DNA of 64,000 bases from Pseudomonadota bacterium. GTDB taxonomy: Bacteria; Pseudomonadota; Alphaproteobacteria; Caulobacterales; Parvularculaceae. This document shows positions 24,460 through 33,215 of the stretch, one piece after another (position 1 is the stretch's first letter; each line of letters begins with the position of its first letter). The position numbers and the translations under genes were made by a program. Location: the NCBI GenBank assembly GCA_038531315.1, contig JBCBBT010000001.1, forward strand, positions 30,469-94,468, read 5' to 3'. A model generated the notes under the pieces. It made no database searches, was not told the DNA's origin, and saw nothing but the letters and a program-made list of their open reading frames with translations.

Positions 24460-25946
24460 GTTGTTTCTCCTCCACCATACGCCCCATCGCCGCCCCGACG
24501 CCCTACCCCGAGGGCGGCGCGCTTTTCAACGGCCTTCACCGCCTCCTCGCCATCACTGAACGCAATGGTCTTTGTCCCAATTGTTTGACCGGTCTCGTGC
24601 CCCTTGCCGGCGATCAACAGGACGTCGCCCTCACGCATCATGTCGACGCCGGCCTGAATAGCTGCGCCGCGATCGCCGATTTCATGCACGTCAAGGGCCG
24701 CGCCGGCGCCCTGCATGACGCTTGCGCGGATCGCGGACGGGTCTTCGCGGCGAGGATTATCATCGGTGACGATGACGCAGTCGGCGCTTGCCGCCGCCGC
24801 GCCCATAAGCGGTCTCTTTTCGCTGTCGCGGTCGCCGCCTGCACCGAGAATAATGATGATGCGGCCCGCCGTATGCGGACGGATAGCGCTGATTGCCGTC
24901 GCCACGGCGTCTGGCGTATGCGCATAGTCCACATAAACGCCGCCGACGCCGTCAATCTCAGCGACTTTTTCCATCCGCCCCGGCGCGCCGCGCAAGGAAC
25001 TGAGAAGCGGCGCAATATCTTCGATCGCAAAACCGGATGCGGCGACAATCGCGGCGGCGAGCAACGCGTTTTCAGCCTGAAACGCGCCGACAAGCGGCAA
25101 ATCGATTTCGACGTCAGTGTTCGCGGCGCGAAAGCGGACGAGGAGCCCCGACGCTGTCGGCTGAATATCGTTTGTCGCGATAAAGTCGCCGTTTGCGCCG
25201 ACGGTCAGTACGCGCCGGGCGTCGGCGCGCATCGCCGCCGCCAAGTCCGCGCCGCCGGCGCCGTCGACATTGACAATTGCGGCGCCGTCGTCGCTCAAAA
25301 GATCCGTAAACAGTCTTTTCTTGGCGCTGAAATACGCATCGAACGTCGCGTGATAATCGAGGTGATCCTGGGTAATGTTTGTGAATGCAGCGATAGAAAA
25401 CCGGACGCCGTCGGCGCGATATTGCGCAAGCGCATGGCTCGATACTTCCATCGCTGCATGCGTGACGCCGACGCGCGCCATGTCACGCAGGGTCTCGTGG
25501 AGGACAACCGGTTCCGGCGTCGTATGGTCAAGCGGGCGTTGATAATTTGGCCCCGATGCGCCGAGCGTGCCGATTGAGCCGGCGGCGACGCCCAATAAAG
25601 TCCAGAGCTGCGCAGCGAAACTGACGACGGAGGTTTTGCCGTTGGTGCCTGTGACGCCGACCATGGTTGCGGGCGCCGGGCGGTAGAATTTCGACGCCAT
25701 CATGGCGAGGCGCCGGCGCGGCAGCGCATCTTCGATTGTGATGACCGAAGCCTTGACCCCCGGAGAAGCCAATACGGCGACAGCGCCATTTTGCTCTGCT
25801 TGCGGAATAAAGCGCGCGCCGTCGATTTCAACACCGGGCAACGCGGCGAACAAATAGCCGGGCTTGACCTGCCGGCTGTCCGACGCAAGCCCGGTGATAA
25901 CCGGATCTTCCTCGCGGGTCTCGCCGCTCAATTCCGACAGTCTCAT
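24456..25946 (-). CDS. murE: UDP-MurNAc-L-Ala-D-Glu--2,6-diaminopimelate ligase
   Basis: P-loop VTGTNGKTSV and the DNPR motif (TDDNPRRED) typical of mDAP-adding MurE. Confidence 0.94.
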   Translation of the reverse strand: MRLSELSGETREEDPVITGLASDSRQVKPGYLFAALPGVEIDGARFIPQAEQNGAVAVLASPGVKASVITIEDALPRRRLAMMASKFYRPAPATMVGVTGTNGKTSVVSFAAQLWTLLGVAAGSIGTLGASGPNYQRPLDHTTPEPVVLHETLRDMARVGVTHAAMEVSSHALAQYRADGVRFSIAAFTNITQDHLDYHATFDAYFSAKKRLFTDLLSDDGAAIVNVDGAGGADLAAAMRADARRVLTVGANGDFIATNDIQPTASGLLVRFRAANTDVEIDLPLVGAFQAENALLAAAIVAASGFAIEDIAPLLSSLRGAPGRMEKVAEIDGVGGVYVDYAHTPDAVATAISAIRPHTAGRIIIILGAGGDRDSEKRPLMGAAAASADCVIVTDDNPRREDPSAIRASVMQGAGAALDVHEIGDRGAAIQAGVDMMREGDVLLIAGKGHETGQTIGTKTIAFSDGEEAVKAVEKRAALGVGRRGGDGAYGGGETT

Positions 25947-27754
25947 GGCGAGCCGGCCCCGTCCGCCGACGCCTCAGCGCGGCTTTCCAGCGCCGGCGCA
26001 AGCGCCGCCTGTTTTTGAAATTCGGGAAAGAAGCCGGCGAGCGCTTCGGTTTCGTCAACCGGCATCACGCCCAGAACAGGCGCGATCTGGGTGACGATGG
26101 TTGCGAATGCGGGCGCGGCGTTCCACCCGGCCGTCGCATAACCGAAGGTGGCTTTGGTCGGTTGCGGCTCATCGAGCGATACAAGAACCGCATAGCGCGG
26201 CGCATGGCCGGGAAACGCGCCGACAAAGCTCGAGATACGCGCGTTCTTCGCGTAAGCGCCGGCCACGGGTTTGTCAGCGGTCGCCGTTTTCCCGATGGGA
26301 AAATACCCCGGCGCTTCGGCTTTGCTTGCGGTGCCGTCCGTAACAACCCGTCTCAGGATGCGACGCATGGCGATGCTTGTCGCCGGCGAGAACGCGGCTT
26401 GCGCAGACCGCGGCGCCGCGGTTTTGAAAAATGTCGGCGTCACATACTGACCGCCATTCACGACAGCCGCATAGGCGGCGATCATGTGAAGGGGCGTCAC
26501 CGAAATACCGTGCCCGTAAGAAACGGTCGCTGCCTCGACGGGCCCCCACTTGAGGGGTAATTGCGGCGGGCGGTTCTCGAGAAGCTCAATCGCGACAGGG
26601 TCAAAAAGGCCGAGCCGGTCAAGCCCGGCCCTTTGGCGATCAACGCCGAGCAACGCGGCCAGTTGCGCCGCGCCAATATTAGATGAGTACTGAACGACTT
26701 CTGACAGCGTCAATACGCGATTTTCGCCATGGAAATCGGAGATCGTCCGGTCAGCGATTTTATAAACGCCGCGCGCATCAAACATCGTCCGCTCTTCGGC
26801 GACGCCGGCGTCGAGCGCGCTCGCCGCCGTCAACGCCTTGAACATCGACCCAAGTTCATAGCGGTCATAGGTGGCGCGATTGCGGCGCGCATCGGCGGGA
26901 AAAGCGCCCGGACTGTTCGGATCGAAATCCGGGAGGCTGGAAAGCGCGATAATCTCGCCGGTCGCAACATCCATCACAAGCGCCCAGCCGGCGCGCGCGG
27001 AAAATTCTGCGATGGCGTCCGCCAGCGTCGCCTCGACAATGCGCTGAACACGCATATCGAGCGACGCGGCGACCGGCGCGCCGCGATTAGACCACGCCGC
27101 CTCATCGGCGCCGCCGGTCCGCTCCAGCGCCGCCTCAAGGCCCATCACGCCGCCGCGGCCGCGCTCGGTGTGACCGACGACATGGGCGCCGAGAGCGCCT
27201 TGGGGATAATATCGTTTGTACCGGGACTGAAAACGCACACCCGGCAAGCCGAGCCTGAACACGGCGCGCTTTTGATCGGGCGTCAGATCGGCCGCGACTT
27301 CGACATACCGGCCGGCGGCGAGTTTTTGCGCCAGCGCCGCGCCGTCAAGGTCCGGCATCACGCCGGCGAGCGCCTGCGCCGTTTCTACGGGATCCCAGAC
27401 TTCCGACCCCGCAACCTCAAGCGTCACCATGGGCAGGTTGGTGGCGATAAGCGCGCCGGTGCGGTCGGTAATTTCAGGACGGCGCCCGTCTTGTTGCGCA
27501 TCGGCCGTGAAGATCTTGCGCCCTATATCGGCGGCGCCGAACGCGACATAGGCGAGCCGCACGCCGAGGGCCGCGAAGCCGAGACAAAATACCACTGCGC
27601 ACATCGCGATGCGCCGGCGCGACTGGCTGGCGATGCGCGTGCGCGTCATGGCGCGCGCCGCAACCGCCGGCGACGCCGCGCTTGGCGCGCGCTCGTCGAT
27701 AACATAGCCCTTCGGCTTTGCTTTTCGGCGCCAGAATGCCATTCCTATCCGCAA
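25943..27754 (-). CDS. ftsI: Division-specific class B penicillin-binding protein (PBP3)
   Basis: N-terminal TM segment, SxxK (GSMFKAL), SxN (YSSNIG), a KTG-like GKTATA, and dcw position. The start may be a few codons internal (MAFWRRK). Confidence 0.9.
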   Translation of the reverse strand: MRIGMAFWRRKAKPKGYVIDERAPSAASPAVAARAMTRTRIASQSRRRIAMCAVVFCLGFAALGVRLAYVAFGAADIGRKIFTADAQQDGRRPEITDRTGALIATNLPMVTLEVAGSEVWDPVETAQALAGVMPDLDGAALAQKLAAGRYVEVAADLTPDQKRAVFRLGLPGVRFQSRYKRYYPQGALGAHVVGHTERGRGGVMGLEAALERTGGADEAAWSNRGAPVAASLDMRVQRIVEATLADAIAEFSARAGWALVMDVATGEIIALSSLPDFDPNSPGAFPADARRNRATYDRYELGSMFKALTAASALDAGVAEERTMFDARGVYKIADRTISDFHGENRVLTLSEVVQYSSNIGAAQLAALLGVDRQRAGLDRLGLFDPVAIELLENRPPQLPLKWGPVEAATVSYGHGISVTPLHMIAAYAAVVNGGQYVTPTFFKTAAPRSAQAAFSPATSIAMRRILRRVVTDGTASKAEAPGYFPIGKTATADKPVAGAYAKNARISSFVGAFPGHAPRYAVLVSLDEPQPTKATFGYATAGWNAAPAFATIVTQIAPVLGVMPVDETEALAGFFPEFQKQAALAPALESRAEASADGAGSP

Positions 27755-27798
27755 CTCCTTGACCGCGCATCGCTCACCCGGGAGCGTCTTTGGCGCGC

Positions 27799-28215
27799 TT
27801 ATTCGTCCTGATCGTCGTCGCTGTCTTCAGGCCGCGCAAAAGAAGCGTCGACCATGGCGATCGCCTGCATGATCGTATCGCCGGTGGGCGGCGCCGGCCG
27901 GCGCAGCGGCCCCTTGCCGTTTTCATTATCGCCGCCGCCGAAGGCGACGATAAAATCGTCAGCGGTCATCAGTTGTTTACCGCTCATCGGCTCCAGAGCC
28001 GTCACTTTGCCGGCGATCGCCGCGAGACGCTCGGGGCTTTCAAGGTACGCAATCTCAGCGCGCAGGAGCTGTATCTCGGTCGCTTCTTGAACCTTGGCGC
28101 GCTCAATAGCGTTGATTTCCTCGCGTAATTGCTTGACGCGCACCTCTGCCTGGTACCGCCCCGCCGCCGCTGCGGCGAGCATCAAACACAAAAGAACCAT
28201 CGTAATACGGATCAT
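27799..28215 (-). CDS. ftsL: FtsL-like division protein (single TM plus coiled coil)
   Basis: MIRITMVLLCLMLAAAAAG TM segment followed by the heptad-like QLREEINAIERAKVQEATEIQLLRAEIAYLE, located between rsmH and ftsI. Start set at ATG 28215; the upstream part of the track ORF overlaps rsmH. Confidence 0.75.
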   Translation of the reverse strand: MIRITMVLLCLMLAAAAAGRYQAEVRVKQLREEINAIERAKVQEATEIQLLRAEIAYLESPERLAAIAGKVTALEPMSGKQLMTADDFIVAFGGGDNENGKGPLRRPAPPTGDTIMQAIAMVDASFARPEDSDDDQDE

Positions 28216-28219
28216 AAGA

Positions 28220-29239
28220 TTACAAACTCCACTGATTAAGAGAGGCGGTAAGAGTATTGGAAAGCGACAAGGCGCGCGGCGCAAAGGCGTCGACGTCGTC
28301 GCGGGCGGGACTGTCGAGGCGAATGCCGGCGCGCAGCTTTGCTGACCGGGCGCGCGGATTTGCGACAATTTCGTCCGGTTGCGGTGTTTGTGCTTTAGCG
28401 TGAAGACGGCGAAATGTCTGCGTCTTCGGCGCAGTGGCGGGCGCATGGCGAGACGGCGCGCCGCTTGCACCGCTGCGATCGGCGAAAAAACGCTTCACGA
28501 TGCGGTCCTCAAGGGAATGAAAAGTGACGACGACGAGCCTGCCCGCCGGCGCCAGCATTTTCTCCGCCGCCGCGAGGGCGCGCGCCAGTTGGCCGAGCTC
28601 ATCATTGACGAAAATCCGAAGCGCCTGGAAAACCCGGGTCGCCGGATGGATCTTGTCCTGCGGTCTTGCCGGCGCGGCCTTGGCGACAATATCGGCGAGC
28701 CGGTCGGTGGTCTCGATCGCTCTTTCGGTCCGGGCGCTGACGATGGCGCGCGCAATATGGCCGGCGCGTCGTTCTTCGCCATAGGCTTTGAAGATCGCCG
28801 AGAGATCGCCGGCCTCACCATTGTTGATCACGTCGCGCGCATCGGGGCGCGCCTTGTCCATCCGCATTGATAAGGGCCCTGCCCGCAAAAACGAAAAGCC
28901 GCGCTCGGCTTCGTCAAGCTGCATGGAGGAGACGCCGAGATCGAAGACGACGCCGTCCAGTTGTTCAATGTTCTGCGCAGCGCAAACGTCTTCAAGCTGG
29001 TCGAACGGGCTCTGCACCAGCCGTAACCGGCCGCCATAGCCTCGCGACCAGGCCGCAGCGCGTTCGATTGCGGTCGGATCGCGGTCTAATCCGTAAACGG
29101 TGCATTGTGCTGAGGCGAGGATGGCGCGCGTATACCCGCCCGCTCCAAAGGTGGCGTCAATATAGGCGCCGCCATTTTGAGGCGACAGCGCGGCGACCGC
29201 CTCGTTGACCAAAACAGGGATATGCGGCTGTCCGCTCAC
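28220..29239 (-). CDS. rsmH: 16S rRNA (cytosine1402-N4)-methyltransferase
   Basis: HIPVLVNE, DATFGAGGYTRAIL and DLGVSSMQLD motifs. Confidence 0.95.
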   Translation of the reverse strand: MSGQPHIPVLVNEAVAALSPQNGGAYIDATFGAGGYTRAILASAQCTVYGLDRDPTAIERAAAWSRGYGGRLRLVQSPFDQLEDVCAAQNIEQLDGVVFDLGVSSMQLDEAERGFSFLRAGPLSMRMDKARPDARDVINNGEAGDLSAIFKAYGEERRAGHIARAIVSARTERAIETTDRLADIVAKAAPARPQDKIHPATRVFQALRIFVNDELGQLARALAAAEKMLAPAGRLVVVTFHSLEDRIVKRFFADRSGASGAPSRHAPATAPKTQTFRRLHAKAQTPQPDEIVANPRARSAKLRAGIRLDSPARDDVDAFAPRALSLSNTLTASLNQWSL

Positions 29240-29739
29240 GAGACCGCTTCCTTCGGCGCCGAAGCCGGCGCCGGCGCAACCCCGCTGCGCAACGAAAAGC
29301 GTGCTTTTTGCGCGCGCTCGACAGCCGCAGCGAGACGTTCTTTCATGACGCCCGAATTCCAGATCTGAAAAAAATCACCGCGCCCGACAAAATCAGCTGC
29401 GCCGTCGAGTTGCGCGTGCGCGATAAAAGCTTTCGGCAGACTGATGCGTCCGTCCTTGTCGAGACCGAGTTTGCGCAGACGTCCCATGATGGCGATTTCC
29501 ATCGCCTCGCGATTGGGATCATACGGGTCGAGCGTTGAAAGGCGCGATTGCAAGCGCGCCAACAAGTCGAGCCCGCCGCAGTCGAGATAAGGTCCTTCAA
29601 GCGACGGCACGCAAACGAAGCCGTTGAATGCGGCGGTGTCGAGCGCACGCCGAAAGTCAGCCGGCGTCGCCAGCCGTCCTTTCGCATCGATCTTGTTGGT
29701 GTGCGACCCCGTGAAGAGCGCTTCCGCCGACCGCATCAT
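29236..29739 (-). CDS. mraZ: Transcriptional regulator MraZ
   Basis: Two SpoVT/AbrB-type repeats (KIDAKGRLATPADFR and LDKDGRISLPKAF), and it is the first gene of the dcw cluster. Start at MMRSAEALF. Confidence 0.9.
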   Translation of the reverse strand: MMRSAEALFTGSHTNKIDAKGRLATPADFRRALDTAAFNGFVCVPSLEGPYLDCGGLDLLARLQSRLSTLDPYDPNREAMEIAIMGRLRKLGLDKDGRISLPKAFIAHAQLDGAADFVGRGDFFQIWNSGVMKERLAAAVERAQKARFSLRSGVAPAPASAPKEAVS

Positions 29740-29827
29740 GATGTTCGCCCTGCCGTTTGATGGGATTGGCGAGCCCGCCGCCCCGCATCGACCCCGCACG
29801 GTCCTTCCGCGCGTTGTCTGCCATTTT

Positions 29828-29853
29828 ATGGGATATCATGGGAAATTATGGGG
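29828..29853. promoter_or_regulatory. Three direct TGGGN repeats in 10-bp phase (MraZ-type operator) upstream of mraZ
   Basis: The plus strand reads ATGGGA-tatc-ATGGGA-aatt-ATGGGG at 29828, 29838 and 29848, about 90-115 bp upstream of the mraZ start. Confidence 0.65.
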
Positions 29854-29954
29854 CGTCAAACGCCAATCGCGGTGCGGGACGCTTTTGTCCAAGACGATTC
29901 CGGATCGGAAACGTCGGAATAGAGCCCTCGAATCACAACGAAGTCTCTGAAATC

Positions 29955-29970
29955 GTTAACAAACAATTAA
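29955..29970 (-). promoter_or_regulatory. Perfect CtrA box TTAA-N7-TTAAC upstream of mraZ, in the same orientation as the operon
   Basis: The minus strand reads TTAATTGTTTGTTAAC. It lies about 220 bp upstream of the mraZ start, in the fliJ-mraZ intergenic region. Confidence 0.65.
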
Positions 29971-30011
29971 GGAAAGCGGCGCTCGCCGACGGCGGCGTCG
30001 CCATGGGCCGC

Positions 30012-30431
30012 TCAGCGGACCACCCGCGTCGCCATTTCGGTGGATTGGGCCGTGGCGCGCCGGGACTTGTTTTTTTGCGCCGTTTTTCGCCGCACCTCCA
30101 GGAGGTGCTCGATTTTTTTGACCTCGCGAAACGCGTCCGCCAGCTCAGCCCGCGCGTCGTCGATCTCCCGGGTCAGCCGCTCACAAGTCGCATCCAGCGC
30201 CCGGCTCTTTTCCTCAACGCCGCCCATATAACTTTGCAGGGAATAGAGGTTGGGGTTTTCAGCGCTCAATACGGCGTTGCTTTCCGCCGACGCCGTTTGT
30301 TTCAGCCAGTCCCGCGAGGTTTGCGCAGACGCCAGCGCGGCTTCAAGATTGGCGACATGACGCCGGCGCTCGTCGGACGTCGCCGCCGCCACCTTCAACA
30401 GCTTTTCAAGGTTCTTTTCTTCGCGGGTCAT
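30012..30431 (-). CDS. fliJ: Flagellar export chaperone FliJ-like coiled-coil protein
   Basis: 139-aa, all-helical, charged protein immediately downstream of fliI. The family call rests mainly on size, composition and position. Confidence 0.65.
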   Translation of the reverse strand: MTREEKNLEKLLKVAAATSDERRRHVANLEAALASAQTSRDWLKQTASAESNAVLSAENPNLYSLQSYMGGVEEKSRALDATCERLTREIDDARAELADAFREVKKIEHLLEVRRKTAQKNKSRRATAQSTEMATRVVR

Positions 30432-30470
30432 CAGGGCCGCTCACCCTTTGTTCTGATCAAGCCCCACCGG

Positions 30471-31997
30471 TCAGAGGCTCACTGTTTCCTCAACCGGCGC
30501 CGCTTGGAGGATTTTCTCCAGGGCGGCGCCCGTGCTCTCCATCGAGACGCGATGGTCACGCGATTGCGTTAAGAACTCCTCAAGCCGGCCGTGAAAGGCG
30601 ATCGCGTCGTCCGTCTCGGCGTTTGTCCCCGGCTGATAGGCGCCGATACGGATCATCTCACGCATGTCTTCGTAAAGGCTCTCATGGCGGCGCGCCGTGG
30701 TCGCGAGTGCGGCAAAGCGCGGGTCAATTTGGGACGCCGATAGCCGCGAGACCGACTTTAAAATATTAATGGCGGGAAAACGCCCGCTTTCTGCGACGCG
30801 GCGATCAAGAACGACATGGCCGTCCAATAACGCGCGACAGGCGTCTGCGACCGGTTCATCGTGATCGTCGCCGTCAACCAGAACAGAAAAAACGCCGCTG
30901 ACCGCGCCAGAGCGAGCGCCTTTGGGCGTATCGCGTCCTGGACCGGCGCGTTCGAGGATCTGGGGCAACAAAGAAAAGACCGACGGCGGATAGCCGCGCG
31001 CCGCTGCGGGCTCACCGGCGGCAAGGCCAATCTCGCGCTGGGCGGCGGCGACGCGGGTCAAAGAATCCATCAGACACAAAACATGAGGGCCCTGAATATG
31101 AGGGCGTTGTGCACCCTCGCCTTGCACGGCGTAATCGCGAAAATATTCGCAAAGCGTCATCGCCAGAAATGCCGCCTCGCGGCGCATGAGAGCGCTCTCA
31201 TCGGAGGTGGCGACAACAACGACAGACCGGGCCAGACGCTCAGCGCCCAAATGATCCTCAACAAACTCGCGCACCTCGCGCCCGCGCTCGCCGATCAATG
31301 CGATCACAGCAATATCGCATTCGGTATTGCGTGCGATCATTGAGAGTAGCGATGATTTTCCAAGGCCGGCGGCCGCGAAGACGCCCAGCCGCTGACCGGC
31401 GCGGGCCGGCGTGAAAGCGTTCATCGCCGCAACGCCAAAATCGAGCGGCGCGCCAAGCCGCGCGCGCTGCGCCGCCCGGGGCGGCCTGGCGCGGGTCGGA
31501 AACGACGCCGCGCCGCGGGGCAATGGACCAAGTCCGTCAACGGGATCGCCAAACGCATTGACGATCCGGCCGAGCCACGCCGGCGAGGGCGACACTTTTT
31601 GCTGCGCGGGACAAAAATTGACGCGCGCGCCGCGCCTGACGCCGTCCACCGCCTGAAACGGCAGCGCAAGCGCGTGTCCCGCTTCGACGCCGATCACCTC
31701 GCCGACAAGCAAACCCTTGGTCGTTTCGATTTCGATCCGCGCGCCGAGCGCCAATAATCCGAGACGATCTTCAATCGCAACGCCCGCGCTGGTCACCGCG
31801 GCGACGACGCCGGTCGCGACAAAAGGGTTGAAGTCGCGCGCCAAATCATGCGTCCGTGCGGTCAACTTGTCTTCGTATGGCAAAGCGTTTTGCTCACTGC
31901 TTGAGGAGACGTCAAATTCGTTTCTGTAAGAATTAACGCGGAAGGCCTTAAATCGGCGTAAACTGGTAAATCGCAAAACGTCAGCCGCGCCCCGCAA
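30471..31997 (-). CDS. fliI: Flagellum-specific type III secretion ATPase FliI
   Basis: Walker A AAGLGKSSLLSMI, Walker B VLCLMDSLTR, and IGERGREVREF. The track ORF (508 aa) is longer than typical FliI, so the true start may be an internal non-ATG codon. Confidence 0.9.
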   Translation of the reverse strand: MRGAADVLRFTSLRRFKAFRVNSYRNEFDVSSSSEQNALPYEDKLTARTHDLARDFNPFVATGVVAAVTSAGVAIEDRLGLLALGARIEIETTKGLLVGEVIGVEAGHALALPFQAVDGVRRGARVNFCPAQQKVSPSPAWLGRIVNAFGDPVDGLGPLPRGAASFPTRARPPRAAQRARLGAPLDFGVAAMNAFTPARAGQRLGVFAAAGLGKSSLLSMIARNTECDIAVIALIGERGREVREFVEDHLGAERLARSVVVVATSDESALMRREAAFLAMTLCEYFRDYAVQGEGAQRPHIQGPHVLCLMDSLTRVAAAQREIGLAAGEPAAARGYPPSVFSLLPQILERAGPGRDTPKGARSGAVSGVFSVLVDGDDHDEPVADACRALLDGHVVLDRRVAESGRFPAINILKSVSRLSASQIDPRFAALATTARRHESLYEDMREMIRIGAYQPGTNAETDDAIAFHGRLEEFLTQSRDHRVSMESTGAALEKILQAAPVEETVSL

Positions 31998-32232
31998 GGC
32001 GTTAACGACAAAATGGCGTTCTCAATGATTTGCAGGCGATTAGCGCCGGAGCGGATTCATCAAGTTTTCCGCGGCCTTAATCGGATGAAAGAAATGCGCG
32101 AGGCTTTAGCGCCGTTATTAACCTTTGTGAAATGTTATCAACCTTAAGATCAGGCCATCAAAACGACAAAATGCGGCGCAGTGACGAAAAACTGAGGGGC
32201 GGCGCAAGACATGCGAATAGGAGACGGGCCTC

Positions 32233-32934
32233 ATGCGGGTACTGCTAATCGAAGATGACGGCGCCACGGCGCAGAGCATTGAATTGATGCTCAAGTCCGA
32301 CGGCTTCAACGTCTATACGACCGATCTCGGCGAAGAGGGCGTCGATCTTGGCAAGGTCTATGACTACGACATTATCTTGCTTGATCTGAACCTACCTGAC
32401 ATGACCGGGTTTGACGTCCTCAAAACACTGCGCGTTTCGAAAGTGAATACGCCGATTTTGATCCTGACGGGCCAGGGCGACATCGAAACGAAAGTGCGCG
32501 GGCTCGGGTTCGGCGCTGACGATTATATGACCAAGCCGTTCCACAAGGACGAGCTGGTCGCGCGCATCCACGCCATTGTTCGCCGCTCGAAAGGCCACTC
32601 ACAGTCGGTCATCACGACCGGCGATCTGGTGGTGAACCTTGACGCCAAAACCGTCGAGGTCGCCGGTCAGCGCGTTCACCTCACCGGCAAAGAATACCAG
32701 ATGCTGGAACTGCTCTCGTTGCGCAAAGGCACGACGCTCACAAAAGAGATGTTTCTGAACCATCTTTACGGCGGCATGGACGAGCCGGAACTGAAAATCA
32801 TCGACGTTTTCATCTGCAAGCTGCGCAAGAAGCTCGCGGCCGCAACATCGAACGAACACTACATCGAGACCGTCTGGGGACGCGGCTATGTGCTGCGCGA
32901 CCCCGCCGAAGAAAAGGCCGCGTCCGTCGCCTGA
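32233..32934 (+). CDS. ctrA: Cell-cycle response regulator CtrA (OmpR family)
   Basis: MRVLLIEDD...[20 protein letters not shown] receiver domain, and the winged helix [52 protein letters not shown]...[13 protein letters not shown], which closely matches my recollection of CtrA. Confidence 0.95.
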   Translation: MRVLLIEDDGATAQSIELMLKSDGFNVYTTDLGEEGVDLGKVYDYDIILLDLNLPDMTGFDVLKTLRVSKVNTPILILTGQGDIETKVRGLGFGADDYMTKPFHKDELVARIHAIVRRSKGHSQSVITTGDLVVNLDAKTVEVAGQRVHLTGKEYQMLELLSLRKGTTLTKEMFLNHLYGGMDEPELKIIDVFICKLRKKLAAATSNEHYIETVWGRGYVLRDPAEEKAASVA

Positions 32935-32990
32935 ACCGGCCCGGCTCTTGCAGCCGATCCGGCAAACGTACACCACTTGCACACTCAAAA

Positions 32991-33023
32991 AGGGCGTCTT
33001 TCCTCGGAAAGGCGCTCTTTTTT
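32991..33023 (+). terminator. Intrinsic terminator after ctrA
   Basis: About 13-bp stem AGGGCGTCTTTCC / GGAAAGGCGCTCT (two G-U pairs) followed by TTTTTT. Confidence 0.8.
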
Positions 33024-33215
33024 GTGATCTGCAGCGGCTCGAATTCGGGCTTTCGACGGCCTATAATCGCAAACAGCGGCGGCGAACCCGGCCGATTTTG
33101 GGCGGGTTATCCTTTGTTGGCGCGCTTGCGACAAATCTCGCTTTGAGACGTCTTTAATCCGACGGATTTAAGCTTTCGTACCGTTTCAATAACAAACAAT
33201 ATAAAGGCCGGTCCT

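Noticed and set aside
29896-29934. Two GANTC (CcrM) sites, GATTC at 29896-29900 and GAATC at 29930-29934, in the mraZ upstream spacer.
   Set aside because: A 4-specified-base palindrome is expected about once per 256 bp, so two sites in 270 bp is not distinguishable from chance.
29757-30572. 271-aa plus-strand ORF spanning the mraZ-fliJ spacer and all of fliJ.
   Set aside because: It has no recognisable motifs and an Arg-rich composition. It overlaps fliJ antisense and covers the regulatory spacer holding the CtrA box and MraZ-type repeats.
33151-33170. TTAATCCGACGGATTTAA, an imperfect palindrome upstream of the RND efflux operon, considered as a TetR-type operator or a CtrA site.
   Set aside because: The TTAA spacing is N10, not N7, so it is not a CtrA box. 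The palindrome is imperfect and no local regulator gene is present.
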